From Thiotrichaceae bacterium UBA973 (lineage in GTDB: Bacteria > Pseudomonadota > Gammaproteobacteria > Eutrophobiales > Eutrophobiaceae): a DNA stretch of 64,000 bases. The stretch lies in NCBI GenBank assembly GCA_002292815.1, contig DBBX01000003.1, positions 8,160-72,159 on the forward strand, in the 5' to 3' direction. Both the position numbers and the translations under genes were made by a program. Position 1 is the first letter of the stretch. The number at the start of each line of letters is the position of its first letter. Positions 29,174 to 38,810 of this stretch are shown one piece after another. The notes under the pieces were generated by a model. It saw nothing but the letters and a program-made list of their open reading frames with translations. It ran no database searches and had not been told where the DNA came from.

Positions 29174-30082
29174 ATGCCCGATATAAAAGAAATAGAATCC
29201 GAGCTAGGTATCGATACAAAAGCAGCCATTATAGAACCGGTACAACATCCTGATCTGGCTGAACATAAAATTCACCTGCATATTAAACGTGATGATCTAT
29301 TACACCCGATCATATCTGGTAATAAATGGCGAAAACTTAAATACTCACTGCTGCATGCGTTAAATAAAGAGCATCAACATCTTATTAGTATGGGGGGCGC
29401 TTATTCAAATCATCTACATGCCCTCGCCTATGTCGGACACAAACTAAAACTGAAAACCACAGGCCTAATCCGCGGAGAACAACCCAAAAAAGACAACCAG
29501 ACTTTATCCGACCTGCGACAATGGGGAATGGAATTAGAATTTGTCAGTCGCGGTGCATTTCGAGAACTTAGAAAATACCGTAACTATGATTCTGAACCCG
29601 CTAAAAAATATGATGGGTTCTGGATTCCGGAAGGTGGCGCAAGTCATGAGGCATTACCTGGTGTTGGTGAAATTCTAAAAGAGATTGATATGGATTTTGA
29701 TACGCTGACATTAGCCTGTGGCACGGGAACCACGCTAGCAGGAATAGCAAAGGCGCTTCCAGGCACTAAAAAAGTACTCGGCTTTTCCGCACTTAAAGGT
29801 GGCGGGTTTCTAGAGAAGGATATTAAAAAATTGTTACACACGAAAGGCATGCCAAATTGGTCGGTTAACTTCGACTATCACTTTGGCGGTTTTGCTAAAT
29901 CAACTGATGAATTGATTTCATTCATGAATGAATTTCAGTCACACAACAACATACCACTGGAACCGTTATATAACGGCAAGATGTTATTTGGATTATTTGA
30001 CCTGATTAAAAACAATAGATTTAAAAAAGGACATAATATCATTGCTATACATACTGGCGGGCTGCAAGGGAACCGAGAATGA
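29174..30082 (+). CDS. PLP-dependent D-cysteine desulfhydrase/ACC deaminase family
   Basis: KRDDLLHP.ISGNKWRKL, GGAYSNH, IPEGG, GTGTT and HTGGLQG. Confidence 0.9.
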   Translation: MPDIKEIESELGIDTKAAIIEPVQHPDLAEHKIHLHIKRDDLLHPIISGNKWRKLKYSLLHALNKEHQHLISMGGAYSNHLHALAYVGHKLKLKTTGLIRGEQPKKDNQTLSDLRQWGMELEFVSRGAFRELRKYRNYDSEPAKKYDGFWIPEGGASHEALPGVGEILKEIDMDFDTLTLACGTGTTLAGIAKALPGTKKVLGFSALKGGGFLEKDIKKLLHTKGMPNWSVNFDYHFGGFAKSTDELISFMNEFQSHNNIPLEPLYNGKMLFGLFDLIKNNRFKKGHNIIAIHTGGLQGNRE

Positions 30083-30151
30083 TTTACTTGTTATACCAAC
30101 TTCAGATAACAGCATATGTTGAAACTAGCGGGATAGACTCCCATTATAAAA

Positions 30152-30829
30152 TTACCACGTCATATTTCTAATTCGTTCAGCTACAATTTCCAAAAGACCA
30201 AGCTCGGCTTCCTGCGCAGGTGGGTAATCAATTGATTCCAGGATATGCTGACGCTCGCGTTCAATTTTTTCATCTATCGAACGTGCGTCTGGCAAATAAC
30301 CGGTCTCATTCCTCTCATTCAAAATCTCGGCACACAATCTTTCTTCCGTCTTATGTAAAAAATCATTTATGAAGGTATCAAAATTGTTTCCATGATCAGA
30401 ACGCTTATTATAGTTTTCAATTATTGAGGCACGAAGCGCTAATGCCTTTTCTATACCTTCATACATTTCGCCTTTGGTCAGGCTTTTTTTACTTAGGTAG
30501 TTATGAACCCCTGCCTTATGGACACGTTCAGCGATTTTATCATTATCCATCCCGGTCAAAATGACAGTGGCCGGGAAGTATTCTGATTTCTTATATTTAT
30601 TAAACCAGTCCAGTCCGGTTTCGTTTTTGCCTAAATAGTAGTCCAGGATTAATACATCGTATTTCTCCCAATCGAAATCCATTGGCGGATGTCCTTTTAC
30701 GGGAAAATCGTATGTCTCTATATCCGCTTTGGGATACAAACTACCTAAACGGATCATTAACGCTTTTCGATAATCAATATCATCATCAATGATTAAAATA
30801 CGACGTATTTCTGTTTCCATCTGGACCAT
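30152..30829 (-). CDS. Orphan response regulator (receiver domain plus unrecognised C-terminal region)
   Basis: ILIIDDD, YDVLILDYYL, ILTG and YLSK receiver motifs. Confidence 0.8.
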   Translation of the reverse strand: MVQMETEIRRILIIDDDIDYRKALMIRLGSLYPKADIETYDFPVKGHPPMDFDWEKYDVLILDYYLGKNETGLDWFNKYKKSEYFPATVILTGMDNDKIAERVHKAGVHNYLSKKSLTKGEMYEGIEKALALRASIIENYNKRSDHGNNFDTFINDFLHKTEERLCAEILNERNETGYLPDARSIDEKIERERQHILESIDYPPAQEAELGLLEIVAERIRNMTW

Positions 30830-30914
30830 CCTGATTAACTTTCTTGTATCAAGTTTATATTCTTATATTAGTAAACGTAACTCGATTAATCATTAAGAAT
30901 TAATCTTTAATTTC

Positions 30915-31775
30915 TCATGTTGCATCATGACATACCTTCAACAAGTCATCACCGTGTCGACTTACCGTTTTCTCACCTAGTTTATCAATTTTTAATAATT
31001 CTGACTTATTCTCAGGTAACTGCTTTGCTATCTCTATAAGCGCATGATCAGCCAGGATCCATTTTCTGGGTCTGTTTCTTTTTCGAGCAGTTAACTCGCG
31101 CCAGGCGGCAAGTTTTTTAACGACAGCTAATTGTTTGCCTTTCATCCTTTTTGCGGCAAACATCTTCTTCCACATTAAGCCCGGATCGGGTTTATAGGTC
31201 TCGGCTTTAATCAGGTTTGCCAATTTTTGATTTAACGACGTTTGATCTTCAACCGTTTTTAATTTTTCAACAAACATTTCATAGACCTTCCCAAGATAGA
31301 TGACATCATCCGCAGCGTATCTGAGCATATCTTCAGATAAGGGTCGTCTCTTCCAATCTGCGCGGGCATGACCTTTTTCGAGTTCTATGCTCAAAGCTTC
31401 CTTAACTAAATTTCCATAACCTATTCCTTGTGCATAACCCAATAATGGCGCAGCAAGTTGTGTATCAAATAATGGTGCCGGGACTGCTTCTTCTATATTG
31501 AAAAATATTTCAAGATCTTGATGCGCAGAGTGTAATACTTTTGTGATTGAAGACTGATACAACAGCTCTAACAAGGGTGTTATATCTTGAATTTCGATAG
31601 GGTCTATGACTGCTGTGATATCACCATTGGATACCTGTACCAAACATAGCTCTGGATAATATGTGCTTACCCGTTCAAATTCAGTATCTACCGCTAACCA
31701 TGTTGATGATACTAATTGTTCGCATAACAGTCTTAATGATTCTTCATCTTCTATGAAACTGAATACTTCAGACAT
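30915..31775 (-). CDS. rnd: Ribonuclease D
   Basis: AVDTEF, FDTQLAA, DW..RPL, YAADDV and an HRDC domain. Confidence 0.9.
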   Translation of the reverse strand: MSEVFSFIEDEESLRLLCEQLVSSTWLAVDTEFERVSTYYPELCLVQVSNGDITAVIDPIEIQDITPLLELLYQSSITKVLHSAHQDLEIFFNIEEAVPAPLFDTQLAAPLLGYAQGIGYGNLVKEALSIELEKGHARADWKRRPLSEDMLRYAADDVIYLGKVYEMFVEKLKTVEDQTSLNQKLANLIKAETYKPDPGLMWKKMFAAKRMKGKQLAVVKKLAAWRELTARKRNRPRKWILADHALIEIAKQLPENKSELLKIDKLGEKTVSRHGDDLLKVCHDAT

Positions 31776-31782
31776 ATTATTG

Positions 31783-32391
31783 TTATATCGCTCCAGACTC
31801 TTTTAATATTAAACTGATAGTCTCAGCCATTACACGATAACCATCCTTGTTGGGATGCACCGTATCTGACTTCAGTCCATTGTCACCTAGTACTTCCGGT
31901 ATTAAATCCTCAATGAAAATAATTTCAGTTGTATCGGCGATCTTTTTATAGACCTCAAAAGAAGATAAAAATAAACCAGGCTTTGGCACACCAAGCATAA
32001 TAACAGGGATGTTTTTATCTTTGGCCAACTGGATCATATTACGAATATTCGCTTCCATTTTATGGATATCTTTTTTACGTAATAGATCATTACCGCCATG
32101 ACATAAGATTAATAATTGAGGTTTATATTGCTCTAATACACCAGGCAATCGTCTTAATCCTGGCCCGGATTCTTCACCAGAAATGCCGGCATTAATAACC
32201 GTACGACCCGTTAACTCCTGCAATACTGTTGGATAACTTTCACTCTCTTTTGCACCGTTGCCATGGGTAAGGCTGTCACCAAAGGCAAGAATGACTGCGT
32301 CACCGGGCAACCTGGATAGATCAGGAACATCATCAGCACAAGCACTAAGCAAGACAAATAATACTGTGCTTAATAAGAGATTAATTTTCAT
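31783..32391 (-). CDS. GDSL/SGNH arylesterase lipoprotein
   Basis: FGDSLT, NAGISGE, GGND and D..HPN; lipobox LSAC. Confidence 0.9.
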   Translation of the reverse strand: MKINLLLSTVLFVLLSACADDVPDLSRLPGDAVILAFGDSLTHGNGAKESESYPTVLQELTGRTVINAGISGEESGPGLRRLPGVLEQYKPQLLILCHGGNDLLRKKDIHKMEANIRNMIQLAKDKNIPVIMLGVPKPGLFLSSFEVYKKIADTTEIIFIEDLIPEVLGDNGLKSDTVHPNKDGYRVMAETISLILKESGAI

Positions 32392-32440
32392 TGCGATTAT
32401 ATTGAATTAAGCAGTTAAACCGAGAATTGATTAAACGAAA

Positions 32441-32680
32441 TCACTCTTCACTTTCTTCGCTTGATTCTAAATCATCATAAGCTTCGAGTTTTTTTCTATA
32501 TGCCGTTATTTCTTTTTCAAAATAACTAAGCTGTGCTTTTAATGATTCATTTTCATTCTTGAGTAGAGCAATCATTTCATTTGCCTCTTCAAGACTTGTC
32601 ACTTCTGCCTTAGCAGTTGAAAAAGAAAGAATCAGCATAAAACCAATAATAAAGACAGATAATTTATTTTTTATATTCAT
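32441..32680 (-). CDS. Small exported coiled-coil protein
   Basis: Signal peptide ending AKA, followed by a heptad pattern. Confidence 0.6.
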   Translation of the reverse strand: MNIKNKLSVFIIGFMLILSFSTAKAEVTSLEEANEMIALLKNENESLKAQLSYFEKEITAYRKKLEAYDDLESSEESEE

Positions 32681-32805
32681 TTTTATTACCCCCGGTTAAG
32701 AATATTTTTAGTTTATTTAAATACCAGAACAAACCTGACGTTGATATTACCTAAAGTACATCTTGTCTATTTTACTCATTCAGTTCAAATAAGATAATAT
32801 ATTAA

Positions 32806-33054
32806 TTAAATTGAGTTTTTTCGGTTTTTTTTGATACTAATTGCAATACTGCTTATAGCACCACCACCCTGCTTCGCGTGCTTAATAAATTTCAGGTTAG
32901 GTAAACTCAATTCACTATCCAAAGCACGCATATCGTTTGAAATAACTTTATGAGCCTTTGTCTCTGAGGTCATCGTGATGTCTTCTGTCGAGACTGATTT
33001 TATTTTATCTATAAAGGCACTATCTCGCTGAACATTAAAGACAAAGGTAGCCAA
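32806..33054 (-). CDS. Hypothetical protein, possibly a gene remnant
   Basis: 82-aa ORF with a TTG start and no recognisable motif. Confidence 0.25.
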   Translation of the reverse strand: MATFVFNVQRDSAFIDKIKSVSTEDITMTSETKAHKVISNDMRALDSELSLPNLKFIKHAKQGGGAISSIAISIKKNRKNSI

Positions 33055-33092
33055 GCATAAAAAACAAACTGTTGATCAAATCACGATTGTAG

Positions 33093-33533
33093 TTAAATAT
33101 CATCATTACGATTCTCCTGATATTTGAACCCTGCCAATGTTGCTTTCTTGATCTTATCTACCACACTATGTAATTCATGATCGCTATAAGCCTTGCCTGG
33201 CACAGTCCCCCATATCGGTGCTGGCCATGTCGCATCGTTATGATAACGAACCACATGATGAATATGACATTGCGGGACGATATTGCCTAATGCCGCAATA
33301 TTCATTTTATCACCATGAAACGACTGCATTAGAACCTCAGCGAGCAACGAAGACTCGCTTAATAATTGCTGTTGATCTGCTTCTGATAATTGATATATCT
33401 CGCTGATACCCTCACGATCCGGGACAAGGATGAACCAGGGATAATTAGCGTCACGCATTAATAATAAATAACATAGGGAAAACCGACCAAGGATCAGACA
33501 ATCTTTTAATAATTGTGGATGGATTTCAGCCAT
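33093..33533 (-). CDS. HIT family protein
   Basis: IHPQL..D, YPW.ILVP and KMNIAALGNIVPQCHIHHVVR. Start at MAEIHP overlaps the sprT-like gene stop. Confidence 0.88.
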   Translation of the reverse strand: MAEIHPQLLKDCLILGRFSLCYLLLMRDANYPWFILVPDREGISEIYQLSEADQQQLLSESSLLAEVLMQSFHGDKMNIAALGNIVPQCHIHHVVRYHNDATWPAPIWGTVPGKAYSDHELHSVVDKIKKATLAGFKYQENRNDDI

Positions 33534-34047
33534 GCTTAGCGACCAGGATCTGCATACAGCGCCGACAATGATAGCGCACACCTTTTAATGCCCGATTGTG
33601 CCTGATTTTGGTTAACTCATAAGTGCGACAGGGACAGGCATAAGCATATCGTTTGTACTGCCTGGTAGGGACACCATCCAGATCAAAACTACAGGTCACA
33701 CTTGGGTCAGCATTAAACACCGCCATGACATCTCGCCATTCTTTTCCATGTGGCAACGTTTTTCTTAGGCCATGTAAAACATCAACGACGTAATGCGCCA
33801 CTTCATGCGGCACCGTTGTCATTAGATTTTCAGTAAAATACTTGGCAAATATATAGGGGTTATATCGAATCATGCGCTGGGTTTGCTTTACTTTATACAT
33901 ACCGGCAGCCCTGCCCTTCAAATCGAACAATACCGGGATGGGCTCGAATGAATATTCTAATGCGGTACTGGCTTGATAAATACAGGCCTCAGTCGCAGCA
34001 ATGATCTGCTCTTGCTGCTCTGCCTGAATGGGTACGATATCTAACAT
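33526..34047 (-). CDS. SprT-like zinc metalloprotease
   Basis: GRAAG, TVPHEVAH, HGKEW and a C-terminal Cys zinc ribbon. Confidence 0.88.
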   Translation of the reverse strand: MLDIVPIQAEQQEQIIAATEACIYQASTALEYSFEPIPVLFDLKGRAAGMYKVKQTQRMIRYNPYIFAKYFTENLMTTVPHEVAHYVVDVLHGLRKTLPHGKEWRDVMAVFNADPSVTCSFDLDGVPTRQYKRYAYACPCRTYELTKIRHNRALKGVRYHCRRCMQILVAKHG

Positions 34048-34252
34048 TAGACGAACTCTGCCACATCGTAAGGGAAGCGGCAATCTCTTACCGTTTGCTA
34101 CTACGCCACCATATTAAGAAGCTCTTCAAATAAGGCGCTTAAGGATAAGTGCAAAGATTTGTCAGGCTGCTATATCGTTTGCATTTACCAAGGAAAATTA
34201 ATGGGCGTCTGATTGTCCAATTCAAAGCCTGACCAGTGCGGAAATAATATAA

Positions 34253-34444
34253 TTTCATGCTTTAAGCAATACTGCGTCCTCACAGGAAGAAAGTAGTATT
34301 TTTGCAGAAGATAGATTTAGCTTTGGCGATTTAATCGATATAATAAATCCGCTTCAACATATCCCTGTTGTGAGTTCAATATATCGCAAGATTACTGGCG
34401 ATACTATCGCATCCGCTATAAGGAGTAACGCTATCAAAGACTAA
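34253..34444 (+). pseudogene. Fragment of a conserved hypothetical gene (DIINPLQHIPVVS.IYR.ITGD motif), not in the ORF track
   Basis: Hand translation SQEESSIFAEDRFSFGDLIDIINPLQHIPVVSSIYRKITGDTIASAIR. There is an in-frame stop upstream and the fragment is truncated near 34430. Confidence 0.6.
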
Positions 34445-34823
34445 TGTATGCGGATCACTCACATCATCATTTGGCATAGCATATTTTTTAATCTCAGCTG
34501 TAGCAGGGTCCAAGCGACCGATATAACCCCGCGTGTTACCGGCATACCAAACAATGCCTTGGTCATCGATAATTAAGTTATGTGGCCGTACATCATCACC
34601 CATATTATATTTCTTAAATTCACCCGAGGCTTGGATCAAGCACGGCGATATAAGCACCGAGCTGCCCACAAAACCAGACCCTCCCATCAGGGGCAACATA
34701 AGGATCTCGAGGTCGAGAATCTTCATAAGGGACTTGCCATTCCTTGATGTCCAGCGACATAGCTTCGGCAACAACAATATCGGCAAAGAGGAGCAGTAAT
34801 ATAAATAAATGATTATGTTTCAT
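34430..34823 (-). pseudogene. Vgb (virginiamycin B lyase)-like exported beta-propeller protein, frameshifted and 3'-truncated
   Basis: EWQVP...SRPRDPYVAPDGRVWF...LDP, then a +1 frameshift near 34631 into ASGEF...PHNLIID..G.VWYAGN..GYIGRLDP...DPHTLVFD, which ends abruptly. Confidence 0.8.
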
Positions 34824-34929
34824 ATCGAATAAGCCTGATTTCTATTTATTATAGACACCAATTAGCCGATAGTAGCTAGCGCGTCATCTGTTGATTCCTT
34901 TTATTTACTCTTTCTTTTAAACTCTGAAC

Positions 34930-35808
34930 ATGTCTTTATCTATCCCCACATCATTGTTATGGCTCCCGGAAGCCACAGTGAACACATTATTACAATATTA
35001 TGATTATCCCAATCCTAATAAGCCCGGTGAGATTATTGAAGGTTATGACAAACACCATGCGCTCAGAACAGCAAAGATGTGTGCCGCAGTTGCACATCAT
35101 CTGGGGCATGATGATGAGAGGGTTCGTCAATATCAAATAGCCTGCTTACTGCATGACATGGGACGTGCAGGGCTTGATCAAGACCTGTTTGGAAAAATCT
35201 GGACCTGGGCTCGAACCGAGGGAATTCCAACGCGACCGGCAGAGTGGCGTGCGGTACACCCGGAGACAACATACGGTAATGAAACCGAAGCATTTTGGGC
35301 ATTGTATCTATCCCGGTTAGAGGGACTAGGTATAAAAACCGAGGCATGGACAAAAGAACAAGTAGAAATGCGCCTAGGCTATTCTAGACGGTTAAGTCGA
35401 CTCATAAAACAGGTAGAACCGAAACTTAAACAAGACGGTATTCGATGGTTGGATTGGATGGAGCTAGTCACGCTCTATTATTATTACCCGGAAAAACTGG
35501 ATGATGCCCCTGACTGGGTGCATGAGCTAGGAGAGATACTGGTCGCTTGCGAACAACTGGAAGCCTATAGTAATCGCGAACGTGGCAGTGACTACTATAA
35601 TCGAAATGATGAGAACTTTATTGATGCTTTCAATTATCTGGAAGGCTTAAAAGAAAAAGGGCAGCTCAGTGATAAGGTTCTATCGGCGGTTCGTTTGTTA
35701 ACCGGACAAGGTCTGTTTGACACTATATTGGCAGAAGCTCGCGACGGACAGTTATTAGATAAGGACTTAGATTATCTTCGTTCTTTAAATACCCAAGCTA
35801 CAGCTTAA
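34930..35808 (+). CDS. HD-domain protein of unknown function
   Basis: HALRTA...ACLLHDMGR motif. Confidence 0.75.
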   Translation: MSLSIPTSLLWLPEATVNTLLQYYDYPNPNKPGEIIEGYDKHHALRTAKMCAAVAHHLGHDDERVRQYQIACLLHDMGRAGLDQDLFGKIWTWARTEGIPTRPAEWRAVHPETTYGNETEAFWALYLSRLEGLGIKTEAWTKEQVEMRLGYSRRLSRLIKQVEPKLKQDGIRWLDWMELVTLYYYYPEKLDDAPDWVHELGEILVACEQLEAYSNRERGSDYYNRNDENFIDAFNYLEGLKEKGQLSDKVLSAVRLLTGQGLFDTILAEARDGQLLDKDLDYLRSLNTQATA

Positions 35809-35817
35809 GGAAAAAAG

Positions 35818-36240
35818 ATGGCCGTAATAACACAACAATTCTCATTAGATATGCAAGGCGCAACACAGATTGAGAATATTACAGAAAAAGTTCAAAACGG
35901 TTTATTAGAGTCCGGGCTTATAGCAGGCATTGTGACACTCTTCATTAAACACACCACGGCATCGATAATGATCTTTGAAGATGAACCCGGTTTGCGGATA
36001 GATACAAAAAATATTTGGGATAAATTAATCCCTGCCAAACCTGAATGGCAACATAATACACGCAACGCGGGAGAGACTAATGGTCATAGTCACTTGCGTG
36101 GTCAAATACAAGGTCAGTCATTGACTATTCCATTTACAGAACAGACATTGATGTTAGGTACCTGGCAACAGATCGTTGTCATAGATTTTGATACCGCTGC
36201 GCGTACACGAAATATTATTTCCCAAATTATTGGAGAATAA
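35818..36240 (+). CDS. YjbQ/UPF0047 family protein
   Basis: HTTASI, NGHSHLR and LGTWQQI...DFD. Confidence 0.9.
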   Translation: MAVITQQFSLDMQGATQIENITEKVQNGLLESGLIAGIVTLFIKHTTASIMIFEDEPGLRIDTKNIWDKLIPAKPEWQHNTRNAGETNGHSHLRGQIQGQSLTIPFTEQTLMLGTWQQIVVIDFDTAARTRNIISQIIGE

Positions 36241-36251
36241 ATTTGATAAAC

Positions 36252-37127
36252 CTAATATGGTTCTACATGAATAAAGGCATCACCGACATTAAATTGTTCT
36301 TCAATTAATATCTCGACCTGATCGGCAATTTTATGTGATTCTTCTGTAGTCAGTTCTGCATCTACAGAGATTACGATGTCGATAGCAATGTCGGATCCTA
36401 TCCAGCGCGATCGTATACGATCTGCAGCTTTAACGCCTTGGATAGTTATTACTGCAGTTTTAATATCTTCAGGATCAATTGCATACTCATCAACAAGCAC
36501 GGGAAAGGCGCTTTTATATAAATTATATGCAAGATAAAATACAAATCCAGCAACGCCCAGAGCACAAAGTCGATCAAGTATTAAAAAGCCCATGCTTGAT
36601 AATTGCCAGCCAATAATCACAACAACCGTCGTTAAAACATCGGCAAAGGTATGTGCTGCATCGGCAAGCATAATCCCGGATTGCAGACGACGAGCCCAAT
36701 ATCGTTGCCAAGTTGCCAGAACGATATTCACGATTAGCACACCAACCATTAATACAAGCTCCCAAGTGCCACTGACGATTTCCGTTGTCTCTTTAGTAAA
36801 TGCACTTTTAGCAATTTCTATTGCCATTACAGCAAGTAACGTTGCCAGGCCAAATACGGCTAATGTTTCAAATTTTCGATGACCATACGGATGTTCACGA
36901 TCAGCTGGCATAGCCGATAAGCGTAATACAATCCAGGCAACAATATTATTAGCAACATCCGTTAATGAATGAATACAGTCGGCGAGTATGGCAAGTGAAT
37001 TGGTAGATAAACCAACAAATAGTTTAACAAGGAGCACCAGTATATTCGCACAACCCTCAAGTATAATTAAGCGTTGAACCTTTCTGTCACGGTCAGTGTA
37101 TTCGGTATGGTTGGGTTCGCTTGTCAT
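36252..37127 (-). CDS. Cation diffusion facilitator (FieF-like) transporter
   Basis: ILADCIHSLTD, PAD.EHPYGH.KFE, LADAAHTFAD and IHVEP. Confidence 0.9.
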   Translation of the reverse strand: MTSEPNHTEYTDRDRKVQRLIILEGCANILVLLVKLFVGLSTNSLAILADCIHSLTDVANNIVAWIVLRLSAMPADREHPYGHRKFETLAVFGLATLLAVMAIEIAKSAFTKETTEIVSGTWELVLMVGVLIVNIVLATWQRYWARRLQSGIMLADAAHTFADVLTTVVVIIGWQLSSMGFLILDRLCALGVAGFVFYLAYNLYKSAFPVLVDEYAIDPEDIKTAVITIQGVKAADRIRSRWIGSDIAIDIVISVDAELTTEESHKIADQVEILIEEQFNVGDAFIHVEPY

Positions 37128-37188
37128 TAGAAAATTTAATCCGTTAACACTAGCAAGCTTTAAAACTTATTAAGTAGCTGATTGGAAA

Positions 37189-38091
37189 TTATATTTCATT
37201 TTTTTCTGTAAAATCTTTACACCTGTTGGTGAACGACCGCACACTAGCTGGAATAGGTACTCTCAATGTAGCCAGTTTGATCAGAAGAACACCACCTTCT
37301 TTAATTAAACGATAGGCATACATAAATTGTATGTTTTTCTTATCATTTATATCAGTCAACAGGCTGTTCAAGCTGTCTTCGTATTCTTCTTTGGCTGCTA
37401 TGTAGCTTGGCCAGACATCAAACATTACCGGGTCGGTACGAATTGTTTCACAAGTCATCTTAGCCATGATACCCAATTCGAGGATCTTATTATTGACATC
37501 AGAAAAAGCACCATCCCCTATCGTGACAGTACATATTGCACTTGTGATCTTATCAATTTCTGACATGGTTTGAGAGATCTTGATATATCGGCTTTGAAAA
37601 AAATCTTCTATCGGCAAAGAGAAAACCTTGAACGGTTCACCCCAAAGTTCGTCAACACCTTCCCCACCATCAGCAAGCTTGATATTTTTTCCTAAAGCCA
37701 ATGCCTCTATAAAACATCTGCCACACTCACGCAGTAGCTCATTGCTGGTTTCAATCTTAACCCCCGCTTCTTCAAGCTCAACAATTGCCGTTAAAATTTG
37801 TCGTCCTCGATTTAATAATGAACCCGCTAACATTGCACCTTTAACACGTTTTCTTGCCGGATTATCTTCGGCCTCATAAACCGCACGAATATCATCCAAA
37901 CGCTTGCTGGGTGTATTGATTCCCTGCTCCACATGATGGAACACTCGGCGCGTTAATTGATCGATCATTTGTTTCTTGTCAGCATAGCTATCCTTATGTA
38001 AGTGATAACTTCTAATCCAGTAACCATCGTAATATACGCACGATTTACCCGCGATATCACGCGTCGTACCATTTTCCACTTCATCAGACAT
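37189..38091 (-). CDS. Conserved hypothetical protein
   Basis: 300-aa ORF with distinctive YDGYWIR, TRRVFHH.E.GINTP and DELWGEPFK segments. Family not recognised. Confidence 0.7.
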   Translation of the reverse strand: MSDEVENGTTRDIAGKSCVYYDGYWIRSYHLHKDSYADKKQMIDQLTRRVFHHVEQGINTPSKRLDDIRAVYEAEDNPARKRVKGAMLAGSLLNRGRQILTAIVELEEAGVKIETSNELLRECGRCFIEALALGKNIKLADGGEGVDELWGEPFKVFSLPIEDFFQSRYIKISQTMSEIDKITSAICTVTIGDGAFSDVNNKILELGIMAKMTCETIRTDPVMFDVWPSYIAAKEEYEDSLNSLLTDINDKKNIQFMYAYRLIKEGGVLLIKLATLRVPIPASVRSFTNRCKDFTEKNEI

Positions 38092-38295
38092 AGTAAGTTT
38101 TTAAGACCATTTAACCGTTAAAATTAGACGACACAATATATGCGGCATATTGTAATACTTCTGGGCAAATCCTCATACCCAGACAAGCAGGATTTATCCA
38201 TCTATGAAGAAAGACCGATCTGGAACAGTCCAACATAACACCAAATATAATTCGCCCTGTATAGATGGGTTTAAACTCGCTATGCTGTTAATGGA

Positions 38296-38790
38296 ATGCC
38301 AAATAACATCAATCAGCTTGATAGGATTGCCAGTAAAACGATCATACAGTTCACCGAAACTGATCCCGCCAACTTAAAGGTCGATGCCGTTGTCGAGGAA
38401 CAGGACACAAACCTATTGCCCGGTAAGGCTCCTGTCATCTTGGAAACCGTTGAAAGCTTTCCTGCACTGGTTGATAACATGGAGCAACAGATTCGCGAGA
38501 TACCCGGTAGTGTCATCGTTAAAAGATCCAAGCCTAGACGATTGATTGCGATTATCTACGATATTGAACACACACCCATTTGCAAGGAAGCATGGGGCCA
38601 GGAAGTGTTACAGAAAATATTTGCACAATGTTATCAGCACAAGATTAACAGTCTCGCTATGCCGCTATTAGCTACTACTTATGGGAAACTAACAGACGAA
38701 ACCATCATAGATTTATTACAGGAACTTCTAATAAAGAATCAACATCATTATCCAAAAAGGATATTTATTTACGAAAAGCAGGAAGATTAA
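38296..38790 (+). CDS. Hypothetical protein, divergent macro-domain-like
   Basis: VDAVV near the N-terminus, PGSVIV, and INSLAMPLLATTYGKL resembling the macro SIAFP.IGTG segment. Confidence 0.5.
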   Translation: MPNNINQLDRIASKTIIQFTETDPANLKVDAVVEEQDTNLLPGKAPVILETVESFPALVDNMEQQIREIPGSVIVKRSKPRRLIAIIYDIEHTPICKEAWGQEVLQKIFAQCYQHKINSLAMPLLATTYGKLTDETIIDLLQELLIKNQHHYPKRIFIYEKQED

Positions 38791-38810
38791 TGCTACTTAC
38801 TCGAACTTTT

